NCBI GenBank assembly: GCA_943787175.1
Contig: CALSLK010000015.1
Location: forward strand, 76,788-140,787
Length of the DNA: 64,000 bases
Direction of reading: 5' to 3'
Origin: an uncultured Alphaproteobacteria bacterium
Lineage (GTDB): Bacteria > Pseudomonadota > Alphaproteobacteria > SP197
The notes under the pieces were generated by a model. The model made no database searches, had not been told where the DNA came from, and was given only the letters and a program-made list of their open reading frames with translations. The translations under genes and the position numbers were made by a program. Positions 42,360-52,628 of the stretch are shown here, piece by piece; positions within the stretch are counted from its first letter, which is position 1; the number at the start of each line of letters is the position of its first letter.

Positions 42360-43042
42360 ATCTGGATCTGGAAGGCCTGCTTTATCAGGTCTCGATCTGG
42401 CTGCTGCCGGCGATTACCCTCCATGAAGCTGCTCACGGCTGGGTTGCCTGGAAACTGGGCGATGACACCGCCAAAGCTCTGGGGCGCGTCACCTTCAATC
42501 CCATCCCCCATATCGACCGGTTTGGCACGATCATCCTGCCGGGAATCCTGCTGTTCATGGGATCGCCGTTCCTGTTTGGTTATGCCAAGCCGGTTCCGGT
42601 CAATTTTCGACGACTGAACAATCCCAAGCGCGACATGGTCTGGGTCGCTGCCGCCGGCCCGGGCATCAACATCGCGATGGCGATCGTGGCTGCCCTGGCG
42701 CTGCACATCGTGCCCCTGGTACCTGATGTCGCTTCGGAATGGCTCTGGGACAATCTGAACAATGCCATTCTCCTCAACGTCATTCTGGCCATTTTCAACA
42801 TGATCCCGCTGCCGCCGCTCGACGGGGGCCGGGTGGTTACCGGCCTGCTGCCCCATCGGCTGGCCGTGCAATACGCTCTGCTTGAGCGCTATGGCATGCT
42901 GATCATCATCGCGATCATTGCCCTGCCGCCCCTGATTGTCGCACAGATTGGTCGTGATCTCAGCGTGATAAGCTGGATTCTCGGGCCGCCGGTGCTGTAT
43001 GTCATCCAGACAATCGGGCTGTTGACGGGCCACGGAGGCTAA
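42356..43042 (+). CDS. site-2 protease family (peptidase M50) protein
   Basis: HEAAHGW (HExxH) zinc motif in first TM, about 6 TM; ATGA overlap with nagZ. Confidence 0.8.
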   Translation: MNLDLEGLLYQVSIWLLPAITLHEAAHGWVAWKLGDDTAKALGRVTFNPIPHIDRFGTIILPGILLFMGSPFLFGYAKPVPVNFRRLNNPKRDMVWVAAAGPGINIAMAIVAALALHIVPLVPDVASEWLWDNLNNAILLNVILAIFNMIPLPPLDGGRVVTGLLPHRLAVQYALLERYGMLIIIAIIALPPLIVAQIGRDLSVISWILGPPVLYVIQTIGLLTGHGG

Positions 43043-43053
43043 GGCGGGACCCC

Positions 43054-43848
43054 ATGGAAGTAACAAGCGACGCCTTTGAAGATCCCTGGCCCGGGGACCA
43101 TAAGACGACCAAATCGGCCTTTATCGTTGATGTCAGCGGCTATGAAGGGCCTCTGGACATCCTTCTGGCGCTGGCGCGCCAGCAGAAGGTTGACCTCACT
43201 CGCATTTCCATCCTGGAACTGGCCGATCAGTACCTGAAGTTTATCGCCGAAGTCCGCGATATCCGCCTGGACCTTGCAGCCGACTATCTGGTGATGGCCG
43301 CGTGGCTCGCCTATCTGAAGTCGCGTTTGCTGCTTCCTGTCGATGAGGAAGAAGACCCCAGTCCTGAATCCATGGCCGAGGCACTGCAGTTTCATCTGCT
43401 GCGCCTGGAAGCCGTTCGCGATGGCGCGCGCAAGATCTTGCAGCGCCCGCAACTGGGCATAGACCTCTTCCGTTGCGGCAATTCCGAAGGCCTGCCGGTC
43501 GAGATCGATGTTGTATGGGACGCCTCTTTCTTTGATCTGCTCAATGCCTATGCAGACCACACGCGCCGTACCGAAGGGCGTGACTGGCGGCCCAGACCGG
43601 TTGAGGTGTTCACCATGGAGCAGGCGCTTGAAAGGCTCAGCGCTCTTGTTGGTGATCTGCCGGACTGGCGGGATATGTTCGCGCTGCTGCCTGACGAGAT
43701 CAAAGGTGGCATCTTCTATCGTTCGGCGGTCAGCTCGACTCTGGCTGCCAGTCTGGAATTGACCCGTCAGGGCCGCATTGAACTGCGCCAATCGGGCGCC
43801 TTTGAACCCATCGAAATTCGTACCCGTCCGCCCAAGGAGGAGACATGA
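43054..43848 (+). CDS. scpA: segregation and condensation protein A
   Basis: 264 aa kleisin; FIVDVSGYEGPLDILLALARQQKVDLTRISILELADQY. Confidence 0.85.
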   Translation: MEVTSDAFEDPWPGDHKTTKSAFIVDVSGYEGPLDILLALARQQKVDLTRISILELADQYLKFIAEVRDIRLDLAADYLVMAAWLAYLKSRLLLPVDEEEDPSPESMAEALQFHLLRLEAVRDGARKILQRPQLGIDLFRCGNSEGLPVEIDVVWDASFFDLLNAYADHTRRTEGRDWRPRPVEVFTMEQALERLSALVGDLPDWRDMFALLPDEIKGGIFYRSAVSSTLAASLELTRQGRIELRQSGAFEPIEIRTRPPKEET

Positions 43849-44471
43849 GCGCGCCATCCGACGACCTGCGCGTCATTGAAGCGCTACTGTTTGCCTCGCC
43901 CCAGCCGGTGACCGAGGAAGACATCGCCAGCCGATTGCCCGATGGGCTTGATGTACCGGCCTTGCTGGCTGACTTGCAGAAAGATTACGTAGGCCGGGGT
44001 GTCGAGCCGGTTAAGGTCGCTGGCAAGTGGTCGTTCCGCACGGCAACCGACCTTGGCCCAAGGCTGAAAATCCGACTGAAGCAGACACGCCGCATGTCAC
44101 GTGCTGCGCTGGAGACCCTGGCGATCATTGCCTATCATCAGCCGGTAACCCGCTCAGAGATCGAAGAGATTCGCGGTGTGGGACTGTCACGGGGCACGCT
44201 GGACCTGTTGTTGGAAATCGGCTGGATCCGTCCTTCGGGTCGCAGACGCGTTCCCGGACGCCCGCTGCAATGGCGCACAAGCCAGGTGTTCCTGGAGCAT
44301 TTTGGTCTGGATTCTCTCGATGACCTGCCGGGTCGCGACGAGATGAAAGCTGCCGGCCTGCTTGATGCCAGGCCGGATCTGCCGCCGGTCGGGCGCCTGC
44401 GCGATCATCTTGATCCAGACGCCGATGCCGACAATGAGGATAATGAGGAAGGCGAGGAGGCCGAGGATTGA
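43845..44471 (+). CDS. scpB: segregation and condensation protein B
   Basis: 208 aa; winged-helix ScpB (VIEALLFAS...SRAALETLAIIAYHQPVTRSEIEEIRGV), acidic C-terminal tail. Confidence 0.85.
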   Translation: MSAPSDDLRVIEALLFASPQPVTEEDIASRLPDGLDVPALLADLQKDYVGRGVEPVKVAGKWSFRTATDLGPRLKIRLKQTRRMSRAALETLAIIAYHQPVTRSEIEEIRGVGLSRGTLDLLLEIGWIRPSGRRRVPGRPLQWRTSQVFLEHFGLDSLDDLPGRDEMKAAGLLDARPDLPPVGRLRDHLDPDADADNEDNEEGEEAED

Positions 44472-44563
44472 AGGCTGGCTCTTGCCTGACAATCGTAGCG
44501 TCACCACTTGAAGTTAAGAATAAGTTGCAGTTAGGGTGGCGTCGACATGAGATCAAACCGCCC

Positions 44564-45623
44564 ATGACCGGACTGTCGTTCCATAACGTCAGCCATGCCT
44601 ATGACGACGTTGAGGCCCTGCACGGCCTTGAACTGAGCGTTGGCGATGGCGAGATCGTTTGCCTGGTTGGCCCGTCAGGTTGCGGCAAGACGACTGCCCT
44701 GCGCCTGGCTGCCGGGCTGGAGCGCTTGGCCCAGGGTGAAATCCGCATCGCTGATGCAGTCGTTGCTGGTTCAGGAAAGGACCTTGCACCCGAAGAACGT
44801 GGTGTCGGGCTTGTGTTCCAGGACTTTGCCCTGTTCCCGCACATGACGGTTACCCAGAACGTGGCCTTTGGCCTTCATCGCAGCAGATCAACAGACCGCC
44901 GTGACAAGGTTGCGACCCTTTTGAAACAGGTCGGACTGGAAGGATACGGCGACAAACATCCCCACATGCTCTCAGGTGGCGAGCAGCAACGCGTGGCTCT
45001 GGCAAGGGCGCTGGCACCGCAGCCGCGTGTTCTCCTGTTGGATGAACCCTTTTCCGGCCTTGATGTCAGGCTGCGTGAGGAAGTCAGGGACGAAACCCTG
45101 CGCATTCTCAAAAGCGCAGGTGCCGCGGCGCTGATTGTGACCCATGATGCCGAAGAAGCGATGTACATGGGTGACCGTATCGCCGTGCTGCAACGCGGCC
45201 GTCTGGTGCAGGCTGGCACGCCTGAAGCGATTTATCGCCACCCCGGCCTCCGCCTTTGTCGCGAAGTTTCTGGGTGACGTGAACTGGCTTCACGGCGTCG
45301 TGCATGAGGGCAGGGCGCAATCGCCGATCGGTGATGTCGCGGCTTCAGGTATTGGCGAAGGTGAACGTGTTGATGTCCTGGTGCGACCTGAAGGGCTGCA
45401 TCTCTGCAGTGAAGCCGGCGCAGAAGGCAGCGGTGCACGTGTCATCTCGAACCATCTGCTTGGTCATTCCAGCCTGGTCATGCTGCAGCTTGAGGATGGC
45501 AACCAGTTGCGTGCCCGTATTACCGGGGGTGTGCCGCCCAAACCCGGTGCTGATGTACGAATTCGTATCGAAGATGATGCGGTTTTCGTCTTTCCTTGCG
45601 GCCAGACTCACACGCCCGGATGA
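44564..45623 (+). CDS. ABC transporter ATP-binding protein with C-terminal TOBE domain (iron(III)/polyamine importer type), one frameshift near 45240
   Basis: Walker A GPSGCGKTT, signature LSGGEQQRVALARAL, Walker B LLLDEP; C-terminal TOBE part (FVAKFLGDVNWLHGVV...VRIRIEDDAVF) in another frame. No cognate permease adjacent. Confidence 0.75.
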
Positions 45624-45808
45624 CATCTGTCAGTGCTCGAAAACGGGCCTGGCGCGATTTCGCCACAGTTTGGCAGAACACTTGCCGAGAAGTTTAGGGC
45701 GATTTGCGCTGGCAGGCGCCCTCTAAGACCATTATATGTTTCTCCTCAAACGGGCATGCCGTCCTGTGACGGTGCGCAAAAACCGAACGAAAAAACAGAG
45801 GTTCGCAA

Positions 45809-46051
45809 ATGGGTGCATTTAGTATTTGGCATTGGCTGATCGTCCTGGTCATTGTCCTCCTGCTGTTCGGTCGTGACCGGATTCCGAAACTTGCCGGCGA
45901 TCTCGCCAAGGGCATCAAGGAGTTCAAGAGCGGCATGAAGGACGAAGAAGCGTCCAAGACCGTCGAGGACACGCCGCCCACCATTGAGGGCAGCACCACA
46001 ACTACCACGGCGGACAATAGTGCCACCAAGGATCAGACCGTCTCCCGCTAG
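45809..46051 (+). CDS. tatA: twin-arginine translocase subunit TatA
   Basis: 80 aa; [21 protein letters not shown]... Confidence 0.85.
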   Translation: MGAFSIWHWLIVLVIVLLLFGRDRIPKLAGDLAKGIKEFKSGMKDEEASKTVEDTPPTIEGSTTTTTADNSATKDQTVSR

Positions 46052-46070
46052 GGGGTAAAGGCACTACGTC

Positions 46071-46547
46071 ATGTTGGACATCGGCTGGTTCGAGATGGCA
46101 GTGATTGGCGGCTTGCTGCTGATCGTTGTTGGACCCAAGGATCTTCCCAGGGTGCTGCGGACCGTCGGTATCTGGACGGGCAAGGCACGTAAACTGGCGC
46201 GCGATTTCCAGAGGACCTTGGACGATTATGCCAAGGACGCTGATCTGGAAGGCGTAAAGAATGCTGTCCAGACACCCATGAAGGCCAAGAAGGCGATGGC
46301 GAGTGCGCTTGATCCGACCGGTGCCTTGAAAAAGGAACTGACCGGCGTCGACAGCGACCTGCGCAAGAACCTGAAAGAGACCTCCGAAGCGGTGAAGGGT
46401 AAGCCAGAGGATGCAGGCAAGGCCGATGATGCATCCGTTGATCCCACCACGCCGGAGCCCCCGGCTGTAGCAACACCATCTGCGTCGGCGATGAAACAGC
46501 CGGCGCCTGCAGAGAAACCCAAGGTTGAGGCCCCCAGCACATCGTGA
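46071..46547 (+). CDS. tatB: twin-arginine translocase subunit TatB
   Basis: 158 aa; MLDIGWFEMAVIGGLLLIVVGPKDLPRVLRTVG. Confidence 0.8.
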   Translation: MLDIGWFEMAVIGGLLLIVVGPKDLPRVLRTVGIWTGKARKLARDFQRTLDDYAKDADLEGVKNAVQTPMKAKKAMASALDPTGALKKELTGVDSDLRKNLKETSEAVKGKPEDAGKADDASVDPTTPEPPAVATPSASAMKQPAPAEKPKVEAPSTS

Positions 46548-47569
46548 TTAACGATATCGACGATACCAAGCTGCCGTTGCTGGAGCACCTGGTTGAGTTG
46601 CGCCGCCGCCTTGTGCGCAGTGCAATCGTCATCCTGCTTGCATTTCTGCCGTGTTTCTATTTTTCCCAGGATGTTTTCAACTTCCTGGCCGTCCCTCTTT
46701 TTGACGCCTATCAGATCGACCAGGTCGTCGATTGCAGCCCTGATGCCGATGATGCATGGCTCGATAGAACCATCAGGGATATCAACGACTTCTTTTCCGA
46801 GAGTGCGCCAGCACAGAATGACGAAGACTGCCTTGAAGGTACAATCGTTGAAGGCGAAGAGCGTAATCTGGATGCTGACGACGGCACACGGCCCCGCTTC
46901 ATCTTCACCAGTCCTCAGGAAGCCTTTCTCACGTACGTGAAAGTCGCCTTCTTCCTGTCGCTCTGTATCTCGCTTCCGTTTCTGGCGTACCAGTTGTGGT
47001 CCTTTGTAGGCCCGGGGCTCTATCGCAAGGAAAAGAAGGTCGTTCTGCCCTTCATGCTGGTCTTTCCGCTGCTCTTCACGCTGGGCGCAGCGATGGTGTA
47101 CTACGCCTTCTTCCCGGTTGCCCTTGAGTTCTTCCTTGGATTTCAACAGGACGCGGGGCCTGACAACCTTCCGATCGATATGGAAGTGCGGGTCAGTGAG
47201 TACTTCTCTCTGCTGCTGAAGTTGCTGTTCGCATTCGGCATCAGTTTCCAGCTCCCGTTGGTCATTACCCTGTTGGCGCGCACAGGTGTGGTTACCGCGG
47301 CTGGTCTCAGAGAAAAACGCAAATACGCCATCGTCGGGGTGTTTGTACTGGCAGCTGTGATTACGCCGCCCGATCCCTTCAGCCAGCTTGGTCTCGCCTT
47401 GCCGATGATCCTGCTCTACGAGATTTCGATCTGGTGTGCGCAGATCACAGAGCGCAAGAAAGCTGCGCGGCGTGCCGAGGAAGAGGAAGAAGAGACCGCC
47501 GAGGCGTCGGCGGAATCCTCCGAAGATCTGTCTGATGTCGAAGAGACGGACTTCAATCCCACCCGTTGA
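46544..47569 (+). CDS. tatC: twin-arginine translocase subunit TatC (unusually long, 341 aa)
   Basis: TatC TM core (LEHLVELRRRLVRSAIVILLAF...). It carries a ~60-aa acidic insertion after TM1 (…DCSPDADDAWLDRTIRDINDFFSESAPAQNDEDC…) and an acidic C-terminal tail (EEEEEETAEASAESSEDLSDVEETD). Confidence 0.85.
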   Translation: MINDIDDTKLPLLEHLVELRRRLVRSAIVILLAFLPCFYFSQDVFNFLAVPLFDAYQIDQVVDCSPDADDAWLDRTIRDINDFFSESAPAQNDEDCLEGTIVEGEERNLDADDGTRPRFIFTSPQEAFLTYVKVAFFLSLCISLPFLAYQLWSFVGPGLYRKEKKVVLPFMLVFPLLFTLGAAMVYYAFFPVALEFFLGFQQDAGPDNLPIDMEVRVSEYFSLLLKLLFAFGISFQLPLVITLLARTGVVTAAGLREKRKYAIVGVFVLAAVITPPDPFSQLGLALPMILLYEISIWCAQITERKKAARRAEEEEEETAEASAESSEDLSDVEETDFNPTR

Positions 47570-47634
47570 TTGATGCTGCCTGTGGACCGCTCCCTTAGGG
47601 GGTCTTATACAGGCCGCCCGAAAGGAGAGGTCTC

Positions 47635-48913
47635 ATGCACGACATCGTCTGGATACGCGAAAATCCCGAAGCCTTCGATACGGCCTGCGCCAAGCGCGGG
47701 CTTGAGGCGCAGTCGTCTGAAATCCTCGCACTTGATCATTCAGTACGTCAGGCAAAAACCTCGATTCAGGAGCTCCAGCAGCGCCGCAATGAGCTTTCCA
47801 AGCAGATTGGCCAGGCAAAGGCCAAGGGCCAGGACGCTGATGCGGCCATGGCAGAGGTGGCTGGCCTGAAGGAGGAGATGACGGGTCTTGAGGAGCGCGA
47901 AACCTCAATTGCTCAGGTTCTGAACGATTTGTTGGCAGGTATTCCAAATTGCGTCGATGACGAAGCGCCCGAAGGCCTCGATGAAGCCGACAATGTCGAA
48001 ATCCGTCGTTGGGGCGAGCCGACGACCTTTGCCTTCCAGCCGAAAGATCACAGCGACCTGGGAACTGATCTTGGCCTGATGGACTTTGACCTGGGCGCCG
48101 AACTTTCCGGTGCACGTTTTGTCGTACTGACCGGAGCACTGGCCAGGCTCGAGAAGGCGCTCGCCCTGTTCATGCTCGATGTCCATACACAGGAGTTTGG
48201 TTACACTGAGGTCTCGACCCCGCTTCTGGTGCGCCCAGAGGTCGCTTACGGTACCGGCAATCTTCCGAAGTTCGCCGATGATCTGTTTCAGACCACCGAT
48301 GGGCGCTACCTGATTCCCACGTCCGAGATGACCCTGACCAACCTGGTGCGTGAGAAGATTGTCGAGGAAGAGCGTCTGCCCAAACGCATGACGGCCTTCA
48401 CGCCCTGCTTTCGTTCCGAGGCCGGATCGGCCGGGCGCGATACCAAGGGTATGATCCGCCAGCACCAGTTCTGGAAGGTCGAGCTGGTTTCGATCACCAC
48501 GCCTGAACAGTCCGAAGAAGAGCACCAGCGCATGACGTCGGCCGCAGAAACCATTCTGCAGCGTCTGAAGTTGCCTTACCGGGTCATGAACCTGGCGGCG
48601 GGCGATATCGGGTTCTCAGGTCGCCGGACCTATGATCTGGAAGTCTGGCTGCCCGGACAGGATGCCTATCGCGAGATTTCAAGTTGTTCGAATTGCGGTG
48701 ACTTCCAGGCCCGGCGTATGCGGGCGCGATGCCGCCCCAAGGGTGAGAAGAAAACCCGCTTCGTCCACACCCTGAATGGCTCTGGCATTGCCGTTGGCCG
48801 TGCTCTGGTCGCAATTCTGGAGAACTATCAGCAGGAAGATGGTTCGATCCTGATTCCTGATGTCCTGGCCCCCCTACATGCAGGGCCTCAACCGCATCGA
48901 AAAGGCAGCGTAA
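47635..48913 (+). CDS. serS: seryl-tRNA synthetase, frameshift about 10 codons from the C-terminus at a C6 homopolymer
   Basis: Class II core intact. At ggcccccctac (about 48870) the frame slips so the track ORF fuses into surE. The corrected frame gives the canonical end [13 protein letters not shown] with TAATG overlap to surE. Confidence 0.85.
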
Positions 48914-49680
48914 TGGCCAATCCCCGGATCCTCGTGACCAACGACGACGGCATCGAGGCATCGGGTCTTGCCTGCCTGGAAGCGATTGCTGCCGAGCTTT
49001 CTGATCAGGTCTGGGTCGTTGCGCCCGCAACCGAACAGAGCGGAAAGGGCCATTCGATTTCGCTGGGCAATCCCCTGCGTCTCCGCAGCTATGGTGAACG
49101 CAGGTTCAGTGTTGATGGTTCTCCTGCTGACTGCGTCATGATGGGCATTCGCCATGTCATGGCTGATGGCGGTGTTGATCTGGTCCTGTCTGGCGTCAAT
49201 CGCGGGGCCAATCTTGCCGATGACGTCACCTATTCAGGCACCGTGGCCGCGGCCATGGAAGGCACGTTGCTGGGCGTGCGTTCGATCGCGTTCAGTCAGG
49301 AGTATCGCAAGGGTGAAGCGATCCAGTGGGAAACCGCACGTGCACACGGTGCGGAGGTGGCGCGCAAGTTGCTTTCGACCGAATGGGAGCGCGGAGTCTT
49401 GATGAACGTCAACTTCCCGCCGGTCCTGCCCGATGATGTCGCCGGGGTGGAGGTCTGCCGTCAGGGTCAGCATAACTTTGCCGATCTGAAGCCGGAGAAA
49501 CGTACCGACCCCTTTGGTCGCGATTACTTCTGGACCAGCGGTTGGGGCATGGATGCTCGCGAAACGCAGGCCGGGACCGACCTTCATGCTGTGCTGGAGG
49601 GGCGTATCTCCGTGACGCCCATCGCGCTTGATATGACGCATGATCCCATGTTGGAGCGGCTTTCGACCGTGTTTGCGTGA
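48914..49680 (+). CDS. surE: 5'/3'-nucleotidase SurE
   Basis: [19 protein letters not shown]...; 255 aa. Confidence 0.85.
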
Positions 49681-50325
49681 TGACAGATTCCGGCGTGATC
49701 CGGCTTCTGATGGAACTGCGCGGTCAGGGTGTCACCGACATGCGCCTCCAGAAGGTGTTCGAGAGCACCCCCCGCAATCTTTTCGTGCCAGATGACCTGG
49801 TTGATCAGGCCTGGGAGAATGTCGCCCTGCCCATTGGGTGTGGCCAAACCATCAGTCAACCGATCGTTGTTGCCCTGATGACCCAGAAGCTGGCCCTGAG
49901 CGAGCGGATGCGGGTCTTGGAGGTCGGGACGGGGCTCAGGCTACCAGGCCGCGATCCTGTCGCGTCTGGTGCGGCGGGTGTACTCGATCGAACGACATGC
50001 TGAGTTACTGGTCTCGGCCCAAAGGCGTTTCGACACGCTCAAACTCCATAACATCACGACGCTGCGGGCTGATGGAGCCAGAGGCTGGCCCCAGCAGGCG
50101 CCTTTCGATCGCATCATCGTGACAGCTGCAGCCCCCAAGATGCCCGAACACCTGCTTGATCAGCTTGTGCCTGGCGGCATATGGTTGTGCCAGTAGGTGG
50201 GGGAACCTGGGATCAGAAGCTCTATTGTGTGCAGCGAACCCAGGACGGCTACGACAGTCAGGCCTTTCTTGATGTACGGTTTGTCCCACTGGTGGAAGGC
50301 CGTGATGGTCTGTCAACGGAGCGAT
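49677..50325 (+). pseudogene. pcm: protein-L-isoaspartate O-methyltransferase, two frame shifts
   Basis: N-terminus [38 protein letters not shown]...GCGQTISQPIVVALMTQ...LEVGTG; middle [12 protein letters not shown]...; C-terminus in a third frame ([35 protein letters not shown]). Confidence 0.75.
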
Positions 50326-50330
50326 AACTG

Positions 50331-51292
50331 GTGATTCTGGCAAGGCACATTCTCATCGCTGGCCTCCTTTCCCTAGCTGCCTGCGCACAGTCGCCGGCTC
50401 CGGTCACCTTTGGCAGCGGCGGCAACACGGTCAATTCGGGCGCTATCCCTCCGCTGCCCCCCGACCCGCCGGCCAGCCGGATTCTGGCCAAAGTGCCGCC
50501 CTTGCCGGGTCTGAAGCCACCCACGCCGGGTGAGAGGGCAACGGTCACTGCCGTCAGCTCTGACCATGCTGATGATCTGATCTCCCGCATCGAAGATATT
50601 CTTTTTGCTGATGCCAATGCGCCCGAGCCAGTGCCGGTGGTCGAGGAAGTCGTAACCACGGGGGCAGGTACGGTCTCGGTCATCACGGTCGAGCGTGGCG
50701 ATACGGTCTATGGGCTGTCGCGGCGGTTGGGCGTCACGCCCCGTGAAATTATCGAGGCCAATGGGATCGAAGCGCCTTACGAACTGCTGGTCGGACAGCG
50801 TCTGACGATCCCGGCACTGAATCCTCAACCGTCGCCTGGGTTGAAGAAAGCACTCTGCCAGAGGTTCCGGCCGGCGTGGTGACGGAGATTCCTGAACCGG
50901 CGCCGCGTGGTGACCTTCGATTCGTCTGGCCTGTGGACGGGCCGATCATCTCGACCTATGGCCCCAAGACGGACGGCTATCATAACGACGGCATCAACAT
51001 TGCAGCCCCTGCGGGATCGCCCGTTGTAGCGGCAGAAGATGGTGTGGTGGCCTATACCGGCGATGAACTGCGCGGATATGGCAACCTGGTCCTGGTCAAA
51101 CATGCCGACGGTTGGGTCAGCGCCTATGCCCACAATGCTCAGGTTCTGGTCGCCAGGGGCCAGACGGTGCTGCGCGGCGATATTATTGCCAGTGTCGGGG
51201 CAAGCGGTGGCGTCGATACGCCACAATCTCATTTCGAGTTGCGCAGGGGGACCGACGCTGTTGATCCTGTGCCCTATCTCAACAATCTCTGA
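50331..51292 (+). CDS. LysM-domain M23 family peptidase (NlpD-like lipoprotein), one frameshift near 50850
   Basis: Lipobox LLSLAAC; LysM (ITVERGDTVYGLSRRLGVTPREIIEANGI); M23 domain (HNDGINIAAPAGSPVVAAEDGVV...GNLVLVKHADGWVSAYAH). Confidence 0.75.
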
Positions 51293-52136
51293 CCCAGACG
51301 TCCGGCAAGGTCCTGGATGAATTGCCAGGCCACACGGCCTGACCTGGGCACCGCGCCCGGTTTGCCATGCGATTGCCTGAGCACGCAGATCGGCGGCATC
51401 AATCTTGAGGTCGAAGTGTTCGACATAAGCCTGGACGATGGCGAGGTAAGTCGGCTGATCGCAGCCGTGAAAACCCAGCCACAGGCCAAAGCGGTCCGAT
51501 AGAGAGACCTTTTCCTCGACCACTTCGGCCGGATTGATCGCGGTGGAACGTTCGTTCTCCATCATGTCGCGCGGCATCAGATGGCGACGATTGGACGTGG
51601 CGTAGAAAATCACGTTGTCAGGGCGACCTTCGATGCCGCCTTCCAGCACAGCCTTCAGCGACTTGAAGGTCGCATCATCGGTCTCGAACGAAAGATCGTC
51701 GCACAGCAGCAGGCATCGTCGGTCCGAGCCGCGCAGCCGACTGAGCAGGCCGGGGAGGGATCCGATGTCTTCACGATGAATCTCGATAAGTGCCAGCGAC
51801 CCGGGTTTTTCCCGGTTGATCGCGGAATGCACGGATTTCACCAGGCTGGACTTGCCCATGCCGCGTGCGCCCCCAGAGAAGGGCGTTGTTGGCAGGCAAG
51901 CCGTCGGCAAAACGCTGCGTATTGGAAAGCAGCAGCTTTTTGACCATGTCGACGCCCTTGAGCAGATCCAGCGGAACATGCTGGACGTCATGGACCGCTT
52001 TCAGCGTTCCGGACTCCGCGTTCCAGACGAACGCGTCGGCTTCATTGAACCCATCATCGCGGGGCTCTGGTGGGGCCAGACGCTCAAGTGCATCGGCAAT
52101 GCGGGCAAGCAGGGCATGGTGTTCTTGATCGGACAT
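51274..52136 (-). CDS. DUF815 AAA-type ATP-binding protein, two frame shifts
   Basis: N-terminus MSDQEHHALLARIADALERLAPP...ANNALLWG then, in other frames, GGARGMGKSSLVKSV (Walker A)...LLLCDDLSF...YATSNRRHLMP..., and C-terminus RSGRVAWQFIQDLAGRLGQRLLR. Convergent ~18-nt overlap with the M23 peptidase gene. Confidence 0.6.
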
Positions 52137-52193
52137 GGCGCGGACCCTAGTTCAAATTGAGCAGATGTGAAATCAGCACTGCATGCGGTTGCT

Positions 52194-52221
52194 TGCATTA
52201 GGTTCACCGGGGGCTATAGTC
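52194..52221 (+). promoter_or_regulatory. sigma-70-like promoter candidate for yajC-secDF
   Basis: TTGCAT - 16 nt - TATAGT located about 35 nt upstream of the yajC RBS (ggcaggagg). Confidence 0.3.
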
Positions 52222-52253
52222 CGCCACCTTTCTCAAAGCGGCAGGAGGCCGTC

Positions 52254-52619
52254 ATGCTGATTTCTCAGGCTTACGCACAGGATGCGGGCGGCGCTGCACC
52301 TGGGTTCGATCCGGTGTTCCTGGTCATGATGGTCGGGATGTTTGCCGTGTTCTGGTTCCTGGTGATCCGTCCCCAGCAGAAGCGCGCCAAAGAGCATCGC
52401 AACATGCTTGGCGCCATCAAGCGCGGTGATCAGGTCGTGACCAATGGCGGCATCATGGGCCGCGTTGCCAGGATTGAGGGCGATGGCGTCCTGCTGGTCG
52501 AAATTGCACCCAATGTGAAAGTGAAATGCCAGCAGTCGATGATTGCCGATCTGGTGAGCAAACCCGACCCGCGTCCCGCAGACAACGACGATGATGACGC
52601 TGTAAAGAAGGATGGTTAA
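52254..52619 (+). CDS. yajC: preprotein translocase subunit YajC
   Basis: MLISQAYAQD...FLVMMVGMFAVFWFLVIRPQQKRAKEH.. Confidence 0.85.
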   Translation: MLISQAYAQDAGGAAPGFDPVFLVMMVGMFAVFWFLVIRPQQKRAKEHRNMLGAIKRGDQVVTNGGIMGRVARIEGDGVLLVEIAPNVKVKCQQSMIADLVSKPDPRPADNDDDDAVKKDG

Positions 52620-52628
52620 CGCCGTCTG

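Noticed and set aside
45624-45808. 185-nt intergenic region before tatA, checked for a tRNA or small RNA gene because of a GGTTCGCAAAT T-loop-like string.
   Set aside because: No acceptor stem/anticodon arm cloverleaf can be drawn. Most likely it is just the tatABC promoter/5' UTR.
47635-49680. Apparent 681-aa SerS-SurE fusion protein in the ORF track.
   Set aside because: Artefact of a single-base slip in a C6 homopolymer about 10 codons before the serS stop. The corrected frame gives the canonical SerS C-terminus and a TAATG junction to a separate surE.
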